Part shown: positions 44,101 through 57,660 of the stretch, in pieces
Layout: each line of letters begins with the position of its first letter
Numbering within the stretch: the stretch's first letter is position 1
DNA from: Mobula hypostoma
Taxonomy: Eukaryota
Direction: 5' to 3'
DNA: 64,000 nucleotides
Assembly (NCBI RefSeq): GCF_963921235.1
Contig: NC_086097.1
Coordinates: 4,402,001-4,466,000, forward strand
The notes under the pieces: generated by a model
Told to the model about the DNA's origin: nothing
Databases searched by the model: none
Seen by the model: the letters and a program-made list of their open reading frames with translations, nothing else
Program-made: the position numbers and the translations under genes

Positions 44101-45589
44101 GTAGACAATACAGTCCCTGAACATGTCCTTCAGATAGAACGTAGACAGTGCAGACCCTGAACAGGTCCTGCTGTTAGAATATAGACAGCACATCCACTGA
44201 ACAGGTCCTTCAGATAGAATATACTCAGTACATAGACAGTACTGTCCCTGAAGAGGTCATTCAGATAGAACGTAGTCAATACGTTCTGAACAGGTCTTCT
44301 ACCTGTTCAATCTGAACAGGTTCTTCTCCCTGTTCTATCTAAACAGAACCTTCTGATAGAATGTAGACAGAACAGTCCCTGAACCGGTCCTTCAGATAGA
44401 ACGTAGATAGTACAGTCCCTGAACAGGTCCTTCAGATAGAATATAGACGGTACAGTCCTTGAACAGGTCCTTCAGATAGAACATGGACCGTACAGTCCCT
44501 GAACAGGTCCTTCAGATAAAACGTAGACAGAATAGTCCCTGAAGAGGTCCTTCAGAGAGAACATGGACACTACAGTCCCTGAACAGGTCCTTCAGATAGA
44601 ACACCGACAGTACAGACCCTTCAGAGAGCACGTAGATGGTACGTTCCCTAAACATGTTCTTGAGATATAAGGTAGACAGTAGAGCCCCTGAACAGGCCCT
44701 ACAGATAGAACGTAGACGGTACGGTCCCTGAACAGTTCCTTCAGACAGAATGTACTCAGTACAGCCCCTGAACAGATCCTTCAGATAGAACGTGGACAGT
44801 ACGTTCTAAACAGGTCTTCACCCTGTTCTATCTGATCAGGTCCTTCAACCTGTTCTATCGGAACAGGTCATTCAGATAGAATGTAGACAGTACTGTCCCT
44901 GTACTGGTCATTCAGATGGAACGTAGAGAATACGTTCTGAACAGGTCTCCTACCTGTTCTATCTGAACAGGTCCTTCTCCCTATTCTATCTAAACAGGTC
45001 CTTCAGATAGAATGTAGAGAGAATAGTCCCTGTACAGGTCCTTCAGAGAGAACATGGACAGTACAGTCCCTGAACAGGTCCGTCACATAGAATGTAGACA
45101 GTACTGTCCTTGTACAGGTCCTTCAGATAGAACGTAGACAGTACAGACCATGAACAGGTCCGCCACTTAGAACACAGACACTATAGTCCCTGAACCGGTC
45201 CTTCAGATAGAACAAAGACAGTACAGTCCCTGAACAGGCCCTTCAGAGAGAACGTAGATGGTACGGTCCCTGAACAGGTTCTTCAGATAGAACGTAGACA
45301 GTACACTCCCTGAACAGGTCCTTCAGATAGAACGTGGACAGTACAGTCACTGTACAGGTCCTTCAGATAGAACGTAGACAGTACAGGCCCTGAAAAGTTC
45401 CTTCACGTCAAATATAGATGGTACAGTCCATGAACAGGTCCTTCACTTAGAACGTACACAGTACTGTCCTTGTACAGGTCCTTCAGATAGAACGTAGACA
45501 GTACAGACCATGAACAGGTCCGCCACTTAGAACACAGACACTATAGTCCCTGAACAGGCCCTTCAGAGAGAACGTAGATGGTACGGTCC

Positions 45590-47910
45590 CTGAACAGGTC
45601 CTTCAGAAGGAACGCAGACAGTATTGTCCCTGAACAAGTCCTTCAGATAGAACGTAGACAGTACTGTCCCTGAACAGGTCCTTCAGAAAGAACGCAGATA
45701 GTATTGTCCCTGATCAAATCCTTTAGATAGAGCGTAGAGAGCATAGTCTCTGAACAGGTCTTTCAGATAGAATGTAGACAGTACAGTGCCTGATTATGTC
45801 CTTGAGATGGGACGTAGACAGTACAGTCCCTGAACTGGTACTTCAGATAGAATGCAGACGGTACAGTCTCTGAACAGTTCCTTCAGATAGAACGTAAACA
45901 GTACAGACCTGGTACACGTCCATCAGATAGAACGTGGACAGTAAAGACCCGGAACAGTTCCGTCAGATAGAACAAAGACAGTACAGTCCCTGAATAGGCC
46001 CTTCAGATAGAACATAGACAGTACAGTCCCTGAACAGGTCCTTCAGATAGAACGTGGGCAGAACAGTCCCTGAACCGATCCTTCAGATAGAACGTAGACA
46101 GTACAGTCCCTGTACATGTCCGTCAGTTAGAACGTAGACAGTACAGTCCCTGAAGAGTTTCTTCAGATAAAACGTAGACAGTACAGCCGCTGAACAGGTC
46201 TTTCAGACAGAACGTAGACAGTACAGTCCCTGAATCGGACATTCAGATAGAACACAGACAGTACAGTCCCTGAACAGGTCCTTCAAATAGAATGTAGACA
46301 GTTCAGCCCCTGAACAGGTCCTTTAGATAGAACGCAGACAGTACAGTCCCTGAACAGGTCCTTCAGATAGAATGTAGACAGTACAGTCCCTGAACAGGTC
46401 CTTCAGATAGAACGTAGACAGTATAGTCCCTGAACTGGTCCTTCAGATAGAACACAGACAGTATAGTCCCTGAACAGGTCCTTCAGATAGAACGTAGACA
46501 GAACAGTCGCTGAACAGGTCTTTTATATAGGACATTGACAGTACAGCCCCTGAACAGGTCCTTCAGACAGAATGTACTCAGTACAGACCCTGAACAGGTC
46601 CTTAAGATAGAACGTAGATGGTACAGTTCCTTAACAGGTCCTTCAGATAGAACATAGACAGTACAGTCCATGTACAGGTCCTTCAGATAGAATGTAGACA
46701 ATACAGTCCCTGAACCGGTCCTTCAGATAGAACGCAGACATTACAGTCCCTGAACAGGTCCTTCAGAAGGAACGCAGACAGTATTGTCCCTGAACAAGTC
46801 CTTCAGATAGAACGTAGACAGTACTGTCCCTGAACAGGTCCTTCAGAAAGAACGCAGATAGTATTGTCCCTGATCAAATCCTTTAGATAGAGCGTAGAGA
46901 GCATAGTCTCTGAACAGGTCTTTCAGATAGAATGTAGACAGTACAGTGCCTGATTATGTCCTTGAGATGGGACGTAGACAGTACAGTCCCTGAACTGGTA
47001 CTTCAGATAGAATGCAGACGGTACAGTCTCTGAACAGTTCCTTCAGATAGAACGTAAACAGTACAGACCTGGTACACGTCCATCAGATAGAACGTGGACA
47101 GTAAAGACCCGGAACAGTTCCGTCAGATAGAACAAAGACAGTACAGTCCCTGAATAGGCCCTTCAGATAGAACATAGACAGTACAGTCCCTGAACAGGTC
47201 CTTCAGATAGAACGTGGGCAGAACAGTCTCTGAACCGGTTCTTCAGATAGAACGTAGACAGTACAGTCCCTGTACATGTCCGTCAGTTAGAACGTAGACA
47301 GTACAGTCCCTGAAGAGTTTCTTCAGATAAAACGTAGACAGTACAGCCGCTGAACGGGTCTTTCAGACAGAACGTAGACAGTACAGTCCCTGAATCAGAC
47401 ATTCAGATAGAACACAGACAGTACAGTCCCTGAACAGGTCCTTCAAATAGAATGTAGACAGTTCAGCCCCTGAACAGGTCCTTTAGATAGAACGCAGACA
47501 GTACAGTCCCTGAACAGGTCCTTCAGATAGAATGTAGACAGTACAGTCCCTGAACAGGTCCTTCAGATAGAACGTAGACAGTATAGTCCCTGAACTGGTC
47601 CTTCAGATAGAACACAGACAGTATAGTCCCTGAACAGGTCCTTCAGATAGAACGTAGACAGAACAGTCGCTGAACAGGTCTTTTATATAGGACATTGACA
47701 GTACAGCCCCTGAACAGGTCCTTCAGACAGAATGTACTCAGTACAGACCCTGAACAGGTCCTTAAGATAGAACGTAGATGGTACAGTTCCTTAACAGGTC
47801 CTTCAGATAGAACATAGACAGTACAGTCCATGTACAGGTCCTTCAGATAGAATGTAGACAATACAGTCCCTGAACCGGTCCTTCAGATAGAACGCAGACA
47901 TTACAGTCCC
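45590..47910. repeat. Tandem duplication of a 1160-bp (29-monomer) satellite block
   Basis: Identical ORF at 46483 and 47643 (offset 1160). Rare variants such as TGATCAAATCCTTTAG recur at 45711 and 46871. Boundaries are approximate. Confidence 0.9.
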
Positions 47911-48772
47911 TGAACAGGTCCTTCAGATAGAACGTAGACATTACAGTCCCTGAACTGGTCCTTCAGTTAGAACGTAGACAGTTCAGCTCCTGAACAGGTT
48001 CTTCAGATAGAATGTAGACAGTACAGCCCCTGAACTGGTCCTTCAGATAGAACGTAGACAGTACAGCCCCTGAACAGGTCTTTCAGGTAGAACTTAGACC
48101 ACACAATCACTGAACAGGTCCTTCAGGTGGAACGTAGACAGTACATTCTCTGAACAGGTCCTTCAGAGAGAACTTAGACAATACAGTCCCTGAACAGGTC
48201 CTTCAGATAGAACACAGACAGTACAGTCCCTGAACAGTTCCTTCAGATAGATCGTAGACAGTACAATCCCTGAACAGGTACTTCAGATAGAACGTAGACA
48301 GTACAGTCCCTGAACAGGTCCTTCTGATAGAACGTAGACAGAACAGTCCCTGAACTGATCCTTCAGATAGAACACAGTCCCTGAACAGGTCCTGCAGATA
48401 GAACGTAGACAGTGCAGACCCTGAACAGGTCCTTAAGATAGAACGTAGATGGTACAGTCCATGAAGAGGTCCTTCAGATAGAACGTAGACAGTACAGTCC
48501 CTGTAAGGTCCGTCAGATAGAACATAGACAGTACAGTCCCTGAAGGGTTTCTTCAGATAAAACTTAGACAGTACAGCTGCTGAACAGGTACTTCAGGTAG
48601 AACGTAGACAGTACAGTCCCTGAACAGGTCCTTCAGATAGAATGTAGACAGTACAACCGCTGAACAGGTCCTTCAGATAGAACTTAGACAATACAGTCCC
48701 TGAACAGGTCCTTCAGATAGAACTTAGACAATACAGTCCCTGAACAGGTCCTTCAGATGGAACACAGACAGT

Positions 48773-49636
48773 TGTTACGTACCCCGTAACTGGGTTGCCA
48801 AACCAGCAGAAATGGATCACTCAGTTGGAGTCTGGAGTACTAGAACTAAGAAAGTTTTATTAAAGAAACAAGCAACACAGTAATCGAAAGGATAATAAAT
48901 GCAACAGTTCAGCGATGATAAACACACATGTGCACAGAATTAAGATAACAGCATCAATCAAGCTCTATCGTTGTCTAGGGGTAAATGACCAAATTTCAAA
49001 GTGACTCAAAGTTCAGTCCAGTTTAGTAGTTCAGTTCGCAGTAATTGTTGCCATGGCGATGGACAACGTGGGGGGGAGAGAGAGAGGGAACAGGAACAAC
49101 TGATCATTCAGACACGGCTTCACTCACAGACTGGCGATATGGCTCACAAGCAGCTTTTGGGCGGGTCCTTGGTGATGTCACCTGAGGTCACCGACTGTGA
49201 CCCCTCCTCCAGATGCGGTCGATCCTCTGCAGTGAACCCGGCACCCAGGCAAGGGCGGACACACACCGGGTTCCCGCCGATCGTACCTTTCCACCCTGGC
49301 CATTGTCTGATATTTCCCACCGACTCGTGAGAGGCGTACCGCTTCCAGGGTCTCGTTACCTCGGGTGGCGTGTGTGTCCTGCCTTAGCGAACCTGTCCCT
49401 TTTTATCCCCCTGCTGGGGCATCGCCTGTCCACCACTTCAAACAGTTCAGGGTTCAAAGGGGGAGCCGCTCCAGACAGCTCTCTCTCCCGTATCCCTTCA
49501 TTACACATCTCCAGACGCTGCTCCATTGTTCCTTATCTCTCCTTCCCCTGAGGGCAGGTGGCAGACCACTTGCTGATGTCACTGATGCTAACACAGGCCA
49601 GCAAACATCTTAAATTTTATGTGTATTCTCGTCACA
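48773..49636 (-). mobile_element. Solo LTR (864 bp) of a Gmr1-like gypsy element, related to but distinct from the LTRs of the full-length element
   Basis: TG...CA termini (TGTTAC...GTCACA on +); CAGT at 48769-48772 and 49637-49640. The reverse complement of its left end, GGTTTGGCAACCCAGTTACGGGGTACGTAACA, matches the LTR 3' end at 54541-54572. Confidence 0.93.
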
Positions 49637-51191
49637 CAGTACAGTCCCTGAACAGATCCTTCAGATAGAATATAGACAGTACAGTCCCTGAACAGGTCCT
49701 GCAGTTAGAACGTAGACAGTACAGTCGCTGAACAGGTCCTTCATATAGGATGTTGACAGTACAGCCCCTGAACAGGTCCTTCAGATAGAACGTAGACAGA
49801 ACAGTCGCTGAACAGGTCCTTCAGACAGAACGTAGACAGTACAGTCCCTGAATCGGTCCTTCAGATAGAACGTAGACAGTACAGTCCCTGAACTGCTCCT
49901 TCAAATAGAACGTAGACAGTTCAGCCCCTGAACAGGTCCTTCAGATAGAATGTAGACAGTACAGCCCCTGAACAGGTTCTTCAGATAGAACGTAGACAGT
50001 ACAGCCCGTGAACAGGTCCTTCAGATAGAACGTAGGCAGTACAGCCCCTGAACTGGACCTTCAGATAGAACACAGACAGTATAGTCCCTGAACAGGTCCT
50101 TCAGATAGAACGTAGACAGAACAGTCGCTGAACAGGTCTTTTATATAGGACATTGACAGTACAGCCCCTGAACAGGTCCTTCAGACAGAATGTACTCAGT
50201 ACAGACCCTGAACAGGTCCTTAAGATAGAACGTAGATGGTACAGTTCCTTAACAGGTCCTTCAGATAGAACATAGACAGTACAGTCCATGTACAGGTCCT
50301 TCAGATAGAATGTAGACAGTACAGCCCCTGAACCGGTCCTTCAGATAGAACGTAGACAGTACAGTTCCTGAACCGGTCCTTCAGATAGAACACAGACAGT
50401 ACAGTCCCTGAACAGGTCCTTCAGATAGAACGTAGACATTACAGTCCCTGAACTGGTCCTTCAGTTAGAACGTAGACAGTTCAGCTCCTGAACAGGTTCT
50501 TCAGATAGAATGTAGACAGTACAGCCCCTGAACTGGTCCTTCAGATAGAACGTAGACAGTACAGCCCCTGAACAGGTCTTTCAGATAGAACTTAGACCAC
50601 ACAATCACTGAACAGGTCCTTCAGGTGGAACGTAGACAGTACATTCTCTGAACAGGTCCTTCAGATAGAACTTAGACAATACAGTCCCTGAACAGGTCCT
50701 TCAGATAGAACACAGACAGTACAGTCCCTGAACAGTTCCTTCAGATAGATCGTAGACAGTACAATCCCTGAACAGGTACTTCAGATAGAACGTAGACAGT
50801 ACAGTCCCTGAACAGGTTCTGCAGTTAGAACGTAGACAGTACATCCACTGAATAGGTCCTTCTGATAGAACGTAGACAGTACAGTCCCTGAACTGATCCT
50901 TCAGATAAAACACAGTCCCTGAACAGGTCCTGCAGATAGAACGTAGACAGTGCAGACCCTGAACAGGTCCTTAAGATAGAACGTAGATGGTACAGTCCAT
51001 GAAGAGGTCCTTCAGGTAGAACGTAGACAGTACAGTCCCTGAACAGGTCCTTCAGATAGAATGTAGACAGTACAGCCGCTGAACAGGTCCTTCAGATAGA
51101 ACTTAGACAATACAGTCCCTGAACAGGTCCTTCAGATAGAACTTAGACAATACAGTCCCTGAACAGGTCCTTCAGATGGAACACAGACAGT

Positions 51192-52055
51192 TGTTACGTA
51201 CCCCGTAACTGGGTTGCGAAACCAGCAGAAATGGATCACTCAGTTGGAGTCTGGAGTACTAGAACTAAGAAAGTTTTATTAAAGAAACAAGCAACACAGT
51301 AATCGAAAGGATAATAAATGCAACAGTTCAGCGATGATAAACACACATGTGCACAGAATTAAGATAACAGCATCAATCAAGCTCTATCGTTGTCTAGGGG
51401 TAAATGACCAAATTTCAAAGTGACTCAAAGTTCAGTCCAGTTTAGTAGTTCAGTTCGCAGTAATCGTTGCCATGGCGATGGACAACGTGGGGGGGAGAGA
51501 GAGAGGGAACAGGAACAACTGATCATTCAGACACGGCTTCACTCACAGACCGGCGATATGGCTCACAAGCAGCTTTTGGGCGGGTCCTTGGTGATGTCAC
51601 CTGAGGTCACCGACTGTGACCCCTCCTCCAGATGCAGTCGATCCTCTGCAGTGAACCCGGCACCCAGGCAAGGGCGGACACACACCGGGTTCCCGCCGAT
51701 CGTACCTTTCCACCCTGGCCATTGTCTGGTATTTCCCACCGACTCGTGAGAGGCGTACCGCTTCCAGGGTCTCGTTACCTCGGGTGGCGTGTGTGTCCTG
51801 CCTTAGCGAACCTGTCCCTTTTTATCCCCCTGCTGGGGCATCGCCTGTCCACCACTTCAAACAGTTCAGGGTTCAAAGGGGGAGCCGCTCCAGACAGCTC
51901 TCTCTCCCACATCCCTTCATTACACATCTCCAGACGCTGCTCCATTGTTCCTTATCTCTCCTTCCCCTGAGGGCAGGTGGCAGACCACTTGCTGATGTCA
52001 CTGATGCTAACACAGGCCAGCAAACATCTTAAATTTTATGTGTATTCTCGTCACA
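51192..52055 (-). mobile_element. Second copy of the same solo LTR (864 bp)
   Basis: Near-identical to 48773-49636 (about 7 substitutions seen), with the same flanking satellite variants; CAGT at 51188-51191 and 52056-52059; offset 2419 bp. Confidence 0.93.
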
Positions 52056-53739
52056 CAGTACAGTCCCTGAACAGATCCTTCAGATAGAATATAGACAGTA
52101 CAGTCCCTGAACCCGTCCTTCAGATAGAACACAGACAGTACAGTCCCTGAACAGGTCCTTCAGATAGAACGTAGACAGTACAGTCCCTGAACAGGTCCTT
52201 CAGATAGAACACAGACAGTACAGTCCTTGAACAGGTTCTTCAGATAGAATGTAGACAGTACAGTCCCTGAAGAGTTTCTTCAGATAGAACGTAGACAGTA
52301 CAGTCCCTGAAGAGTTTCTTCAGATAGAACGTAGACAGTACAGCTGCTGAACAGGTCCTTCAGATAGAACGTGCACAGTACAGTCCCTGAACCCGTCCTT
52401 CAGATAGAACACAGACAGTACAGTCCCTGAACAGGTCCTTCAGATAGAACGTAGACAGTACAGCCCCTGAACAGGTCCTTCAGACAGAATGTACTCAGTA
52501 CAGACCCTGAACAGGTCCTTAAGATAGAACGTAGACGGTACAGTCCCTGAACAGGTCCTTCAGATAGAACGTAGACAGTACAGTCCCTGAAGAGTTTCTT
52601 CAGATAGAACGTAGACAGTACAGCTGCTGAACAGGTCCTTCAGATAGAACGTGCACAGTACAGTCCCTGAACCCGTCCTTCAGATAGAACACAGACAGTA
52701 CAGTCCCTGAACAGGTCCTTCAGATAGAACGTAGACAGTACATCCCCTGAACAGGTCTTTCAGATAGAACTTAGACCACACAATCACTGAACAGGTCCTT
52801 CAGGTGGGACGTAGACAGTACATTCTCTGAACAGGTCCTTCAGATAGAACTTAGACAATACAGTCCCTGAACAGGTCCTTCAGATAGAACACAGACAGTA
52901 CAGTCCCTGAACAGTTCCTTCAGATAGATCGTAGACAGTACAATCCCTGAACAGGTACTTCAGATAGAACGTAGACAGTACAGTCCCTGAACAGGTCCTG
53001 CAGTTAGAACGTAGACAGTACATCCACTGAACAGGTCCTTCTGATAGAACGTAGACAGTACAGTCCCTGACTGATCCTTCAGATAGAACACAGTTCCTGA
53101 ACAGGTCCTTCAGATAGAACGTAGACAGTGCAGACCCTGAACAGGTCCTTAAGATAGAACATAGATGGTACAGTCCATGAAGAGGTCCTTCAGATAGAAC
53201 GTAGACAGTACAGTCCCTGTAAGGTCCGTCAGATAGAACATAGACAGTACAGTCCCTGAAGAGTTTCTTCAGATAAAACTTAGACAGTACAGCCGCTGAA
53301 CAGGTCCTTCAGATAGAACACAGACAGTACAGCCACTGAACAGATCCTTCAGATAGAACGTAGACAGTACAGTCGCTGAACAGGTCCTTCATATTGGATG
53401 TTGACAGTACAGCCCCTGAACATGTCCTTCAGACAGAATGTACTCAGTACAGACCCTGAACAGGTCCTTAAGATAGAACGTAGATGGTACAGTCCCTGAA
53501 CAGGTCATTCAGATAGAACGTAGACAGTACATTCTGAGCAGGTCTTCTACCTGTTCTATTTGAACAGGTCCTTCTCCCTGTTCTATCTAAACAGGTCCTT
53601 CAGATAGAACGTAGACAGTACAGTCCCTGTACAGGTCCGTCACATAGAACATAGACAGTACAGTCCCTGAAGAGTATCTTCAGATAAAACGTAGACAATA
53701 CAGCCGCTGAACAGGTCCTTCAGATAGAACGTATTCAGT

Positions 53740-54572
53740 TGTGACCAAGTTATCAGAAGATTGATGCCGATGAGGGAGATAAGAGAGAGACAAATGGGGG
53801 AAACATTCAAAATGCTAATAAGAGAGAGACGAGAGGGAATAATGAAAAGGAGACACAGTTCCGAGTATTGTCAGAGACCGGTTGCTTTGAACCTGAACTG
53901 TTTGAAGTTTGATGGACAGGCGATACCCCATGCAGGGGGATAAAAGGATCAGGTTCGCTAAGGCTAGGACACCACAACACATAAGATAACGAGACCCCGG
54001 AAGTGCGGTGTGCCCCCACAAGTTGGTGGAGTTTTGGAGGTCTGGTCACAGGGCCGACCATAGATGCACAGGGTGAGAAGGTACGATCGGCGGGAATCTG
54101 GTGTGTGTGTCCGCCCTTGCCTGGGTGCCGGGTTCACCGCAGAAGAACGATTGTATCCGGAACAGAGGGGTCACAGTCGGTGACCTCAGAAGACACTAAA
54201 ACGTGCTCGCGCCGAAAGCTAACTGCGAGGAATATCAAAGGTCTGTTGAATCTGATTTGAATATCAGCATCCGCTCTCTCTCTCTGCTCAATGGTACGAC
54301 AGTGATTACTGCAAACTGAAACTGAACTGAATTCTGTGTCACTTGAGACTGATCATTTTGCCCCTAGACTGCGATAGAAATTGATTGATTCTATTATCCT
54401 AGTTCTGTGTACATGTGTTTATTCATTGCTAACCTGTTGCATTTATATCTTTATTATTGGAGTACTGTGTTACTTATTTCTTTAATAAAACTTTCCTAGT
54501 TCCAGTAATCCAGACTCCAACTAAGTGGTCCATTTCTGCTGGTTTGGCAACCCAGTTACGGGGTACATAACA
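53740..54572 (+). repeat. 5' LTR (833 bp)
   Basis: Direct repeat of 59316-60159; TG...CA ends; AATAAA at 54484-54489. Confidence 0.95.
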
Positions 54573-54576
54573 TAAG

Positions 54577-54602
54577 TGAGGTTCTCGTCCGCGATTTTGA
54601 AC
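54577..54602 (+). promoter_or_regulatory. Degenerate primer-binding site, probably tRNA-Pro
   Basis: TGAGGTTCTCGTCCGCGATTTTGAAC begins 4 nt after the 5' LTR and resembles the tRNA-Pro complement TGGGGGCTCGTCCGGGATTTGAAC. Confidence 0.65.
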
Positions 54603-54671
54603 GCTAAATTTGGGACTGGGTAAATCGATTGGGTTAAAATTCCCAAAAGAAAGAAAAGGCAAACAGCAGAA

Positions 54672-56008
54672 ATGGAGATTGAGGAATTTCTAAAGGCGCC
54701 GACCTTGGAGGCATTAGAGGATGCCAGGAAAGTAGAATTGGCAGCTGTGGCCAAACGGTTGAATCTTTTTAAGGGGAAGTCGACAATGAGGAGAGAGGAG
54801 ATGCACAGAGCTATCATAGAGCATTATGTATCTAAAGGTGTGTTTCCCCAAGGGGAGCTGGAGGTGATATCTATAGGAAAACCTGGTGGAGATGCAGTAC
54901 AGGTGCAGCTTGAAAAATTGAGACTCGAGCACGAGTTCCGGGCAAGGCAGTTAGAACGCAAGGAGAGAATAAAACAGTTGGAGCGAGAAGAGAGGCAGTT
55001 GGAGAAACAGAATTTGAGCTGGAGAAGTTAAAGAGGACGGCAGTGCAGGGGCCCATGCCAAACCAAGGTGGAGGGTTCAAGGCAACCCAGGAGGTTAGGC
55101 TGGTTCCCCCATTTGACGAGACCAATGTTGATCGGTACCTTCTCCATTTTGAAAAAGTCGCTGTAAGTCAGGACTGGCTGAGGGACAAGTGGGCTGATTT
55201 GCTTCAGAGTGTACTTAAAGGAAAAGCCCAACAAGCTTACTTGGCTTTGTCTGCAGAAGATGCCCAGAGGTATGAGGTGGTGAAAGAGGCCACCCTCAGG
55301 ATTTATGAGTTGGTCCCGGAGGCATACCGGCAAAGGTTCCGGAATGCGAGGAAGCAGTGGGACTGCACGTATTTGGAGTTTGCCCGTGAGATGCAGACAT
55401 ATTGTGAGTGTTGGTGCACCTCGAAAGGGGTCAATGGGGATTATGACAGACTGCTACAGCTAATCCTGATTGAGCAGTTTAAAGGTTGTGTCCCTGAAGG
55501 TATGAGACCCTACCTCGATGAGAAAGAGGCAGACACTTTAGCCGCAACTGCTAAGTTAGCGGATGAGTACACGTTGACACATAAAACGAAGTTTGCCCCG
55601 AGTAAAGGCTACCAGAAGGGTAGTCAGAACGGCGGGGAGAGTCCGCCAGAAAAGTCAGAAAGTAAGCCGGGGACTAGTGAGAAGGATAAGGTAGACCGGG
55701 AGCAGTTTGGTAGGAAGTCTCCTGGGGTCATATGTTATAATTGTGGGAAAGTCGGACACTTTGCGTCCAGGTGCTTTTCCCCAAAGAAGGAGACGGGAAA
55801 AGGAAAAACGGCGGTTCCGACTGGCTGTATTGAGCTGGTAAGCAAACCGCTAGGAGAGAAGAGGTCTGATAAAGTTCAGAAAGGGCGCGAGAGGTTTATC
55901 TCGGCCGGATTGGTGTTGGTGAAGGAGGGGTTAAACCCAGTTCCAGTACAGATCTGGAGAGACACGGGAGCTTGTCAGTCATTGATATTAAAGTGTGTTA
56001 GACTTTAG
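54672..56008 (+). pseudogene. gag: Gag (frameshifted near 55000-55040) with SCAN-like capsid region and CCHC zinc knuckle, running into the protease active site
   Basis: ORFs 54672..55031 and 55043..56008; EAYRQRFR...LILIEQF...LADEY (SCAN-like), CYNCGKVGHFASRC, WRDTGACQSLI (aspartic protease DTGA). Confidence 0.88.
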
Positions 56009-56744
56009 TTCAGAGACCGAGACTGGGAAAGTCAGGGTCATAAAAGGCATTGGGAAAGGGACTGAAGCAGTACCTTTGCACCAGATACACCTACAAAGCG
56101 ACTTAGTCTCCGGACCGGTCACAATCAGGGTGAGGCCCAAACTACCGATGGAAGACGTGGAGGTCTTACTCGGTAATGACCTCACCGGCGGGGAGGTGTA
56201 CCCAGCAGTGAGATTGACAAGTCAGCCTGCCAGCATTGAGGCCCCGCCCATGGACTCACAGGTTTATCCCATTTGCGCAGTGACTCGGCGTATGTCCAGA
56301 AAGGATGCCGAGGCTGATATAGAGTTAGCTGAGACGTTTCTACCAGCCTTGTACCAGGGAGAGGTAGAAAGTGGAAAGAAGGAGCGTAGTGGAACAAGAG
56401 GAAGTGAGGGAGCTGAGGCAGACTTAGCATTAGCAAGGAAGGACTTTATACAGGCACAGGAGCGAGACAAGGAGCTGATGGTTTTGGTGGAGACAGCTCT
56501 CTCCGAAGCAGAATTAAAAAAGGAGCCAGTAGGCTATTATGTGAAGGAGGGAGTACTAATGAGGAAATGGAGACCCCATACTGTGCCCGCAGATGAGGAA
56601 TGGGGAGTTGTACACCAGGTGGTAGTGCTGAAAACTTATAGGGGCGAGCAAAGTACCCCTTGGTGGACATTTTGGGGTGAGGAAGACAGTCGACAGAATT
56701 ATCAAAGAGTTTTACTGGCCGAACATGAGGAAGGATATTGTTGA
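55995..56744 (+). pseudogene. pol: Pol fragment: remainder of protease and pre-integrase region (frameshifted)
   Basis: VPLHQIHL...VEVLLGNDL protease C-terminal motif. G.LMRKW...QVVV precedes the integrase zinc-binding region, which is broken near 56640-56680. Confidence 0.8.
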
Positions 56745-57660
56745 ATGTTGTAGATGGTGTCATTTATGTCAGGTGGTAGGAAAACCAAATCAGGTCCTGC
56801 CAAAAGCGCCCCTTCGCCCGATACCCGCTTCCGGGGAACCTTTATCCGGAATAATTGTGGATTTTGTCGGTCCCCTGCCCAGAACTGCAAGTGGGCGAGA
56901 GTATGTGATGACTATGATGTGCGCCGCCACCAGGTTTCCCGAGGCGGTGCCCCTGGCAAGCGTCAAGGCCCCCGCAGTGGTAAAGGCCCTTGTGAAATTT
57001 TTCACTATGGTGGGGCTGCCCAGGGAAATCCAGTCAGATCAGGGGAGTGTCTTCACATCTCACACATTCCGACGGATGTTGGATGAGATGGGAGCAAAGC
57101 AGATTTTGGCCTCTGCGTACCACCCAGAGTCCCAAGGGGCGTTGGAACGATTCCACGCCACATTAAAGACCATGATTAAAATTTACTGTCAAGAGGAAGC
57201 TAGGGACTGGGATGATGCTTTGCCCTTCTTGTTATTTGCCGTGAGGGACATGGTTCAAGAGTCATTGGGGTTCAGCCCATTCGAGCTCGTCTTCGGTCAT
57301 CGGCCCAGAGGACCCCTGACCTTACTGAAAGAGCAATGGTCCAGTCCGGCAGTCCAAGTTAATGTGATTGATTATGTTTTAAAATTTCGTGAGAGGCTTG
57401 AAAGGATCTGTGACCTTGCCAAAGAAAATCTGCGACACTCCCAAACTAAAATGAAACAATGGTATGATAGGCGTGCCCGCGAACAAGTGTTCCAAGTGGG
57501 CGATCGGGTCTTAGTTCTGTTCCCATGGTAACCAACCCCCTCCAGGCGAGATTCCACGGTCCGTACAAGGTAATTAAAAAGATAGGCCCTTTGAATTATG
57601 TTATCGAAACACTGGACAGGCGTAAACCCACACAGTTGGTACACATTAACATGTTAAAAG
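56677..57660 (+). pseudogene. pol: Pol fragment: integrase (zinc-binding remnant, DDE core, GPY/F motif)
   Basis: FYWPNM...CHLCQ, IVDFVGPLP, IQSDQGS, YHPESQGALERFH, GFSPFELVFG; after a frameshift near 57528, RFHGPYKV...VHINMLK. Confidence 0.92.

Noticed and set aside
284..50913. Many minus-strand 60-112 aa ORFs (YLKDLFRDCTVYVLSEGPVQGLYCLRSI-like)
   Set aside because: They are translations of the 40-bp satellite cycling through frames every 120 bp. Their recurrence reflects HOR copies, and there is no sign of frame conservation.
49001..52032. Plus-strand ORFs of 82-112 aa in the two 864-bp inserts (and similar ORFs within the LTRs at 53761-54260 and 59337-59927)
   Set aside because: They lie within LTRs, overlap in several frames and show no recognisable domain
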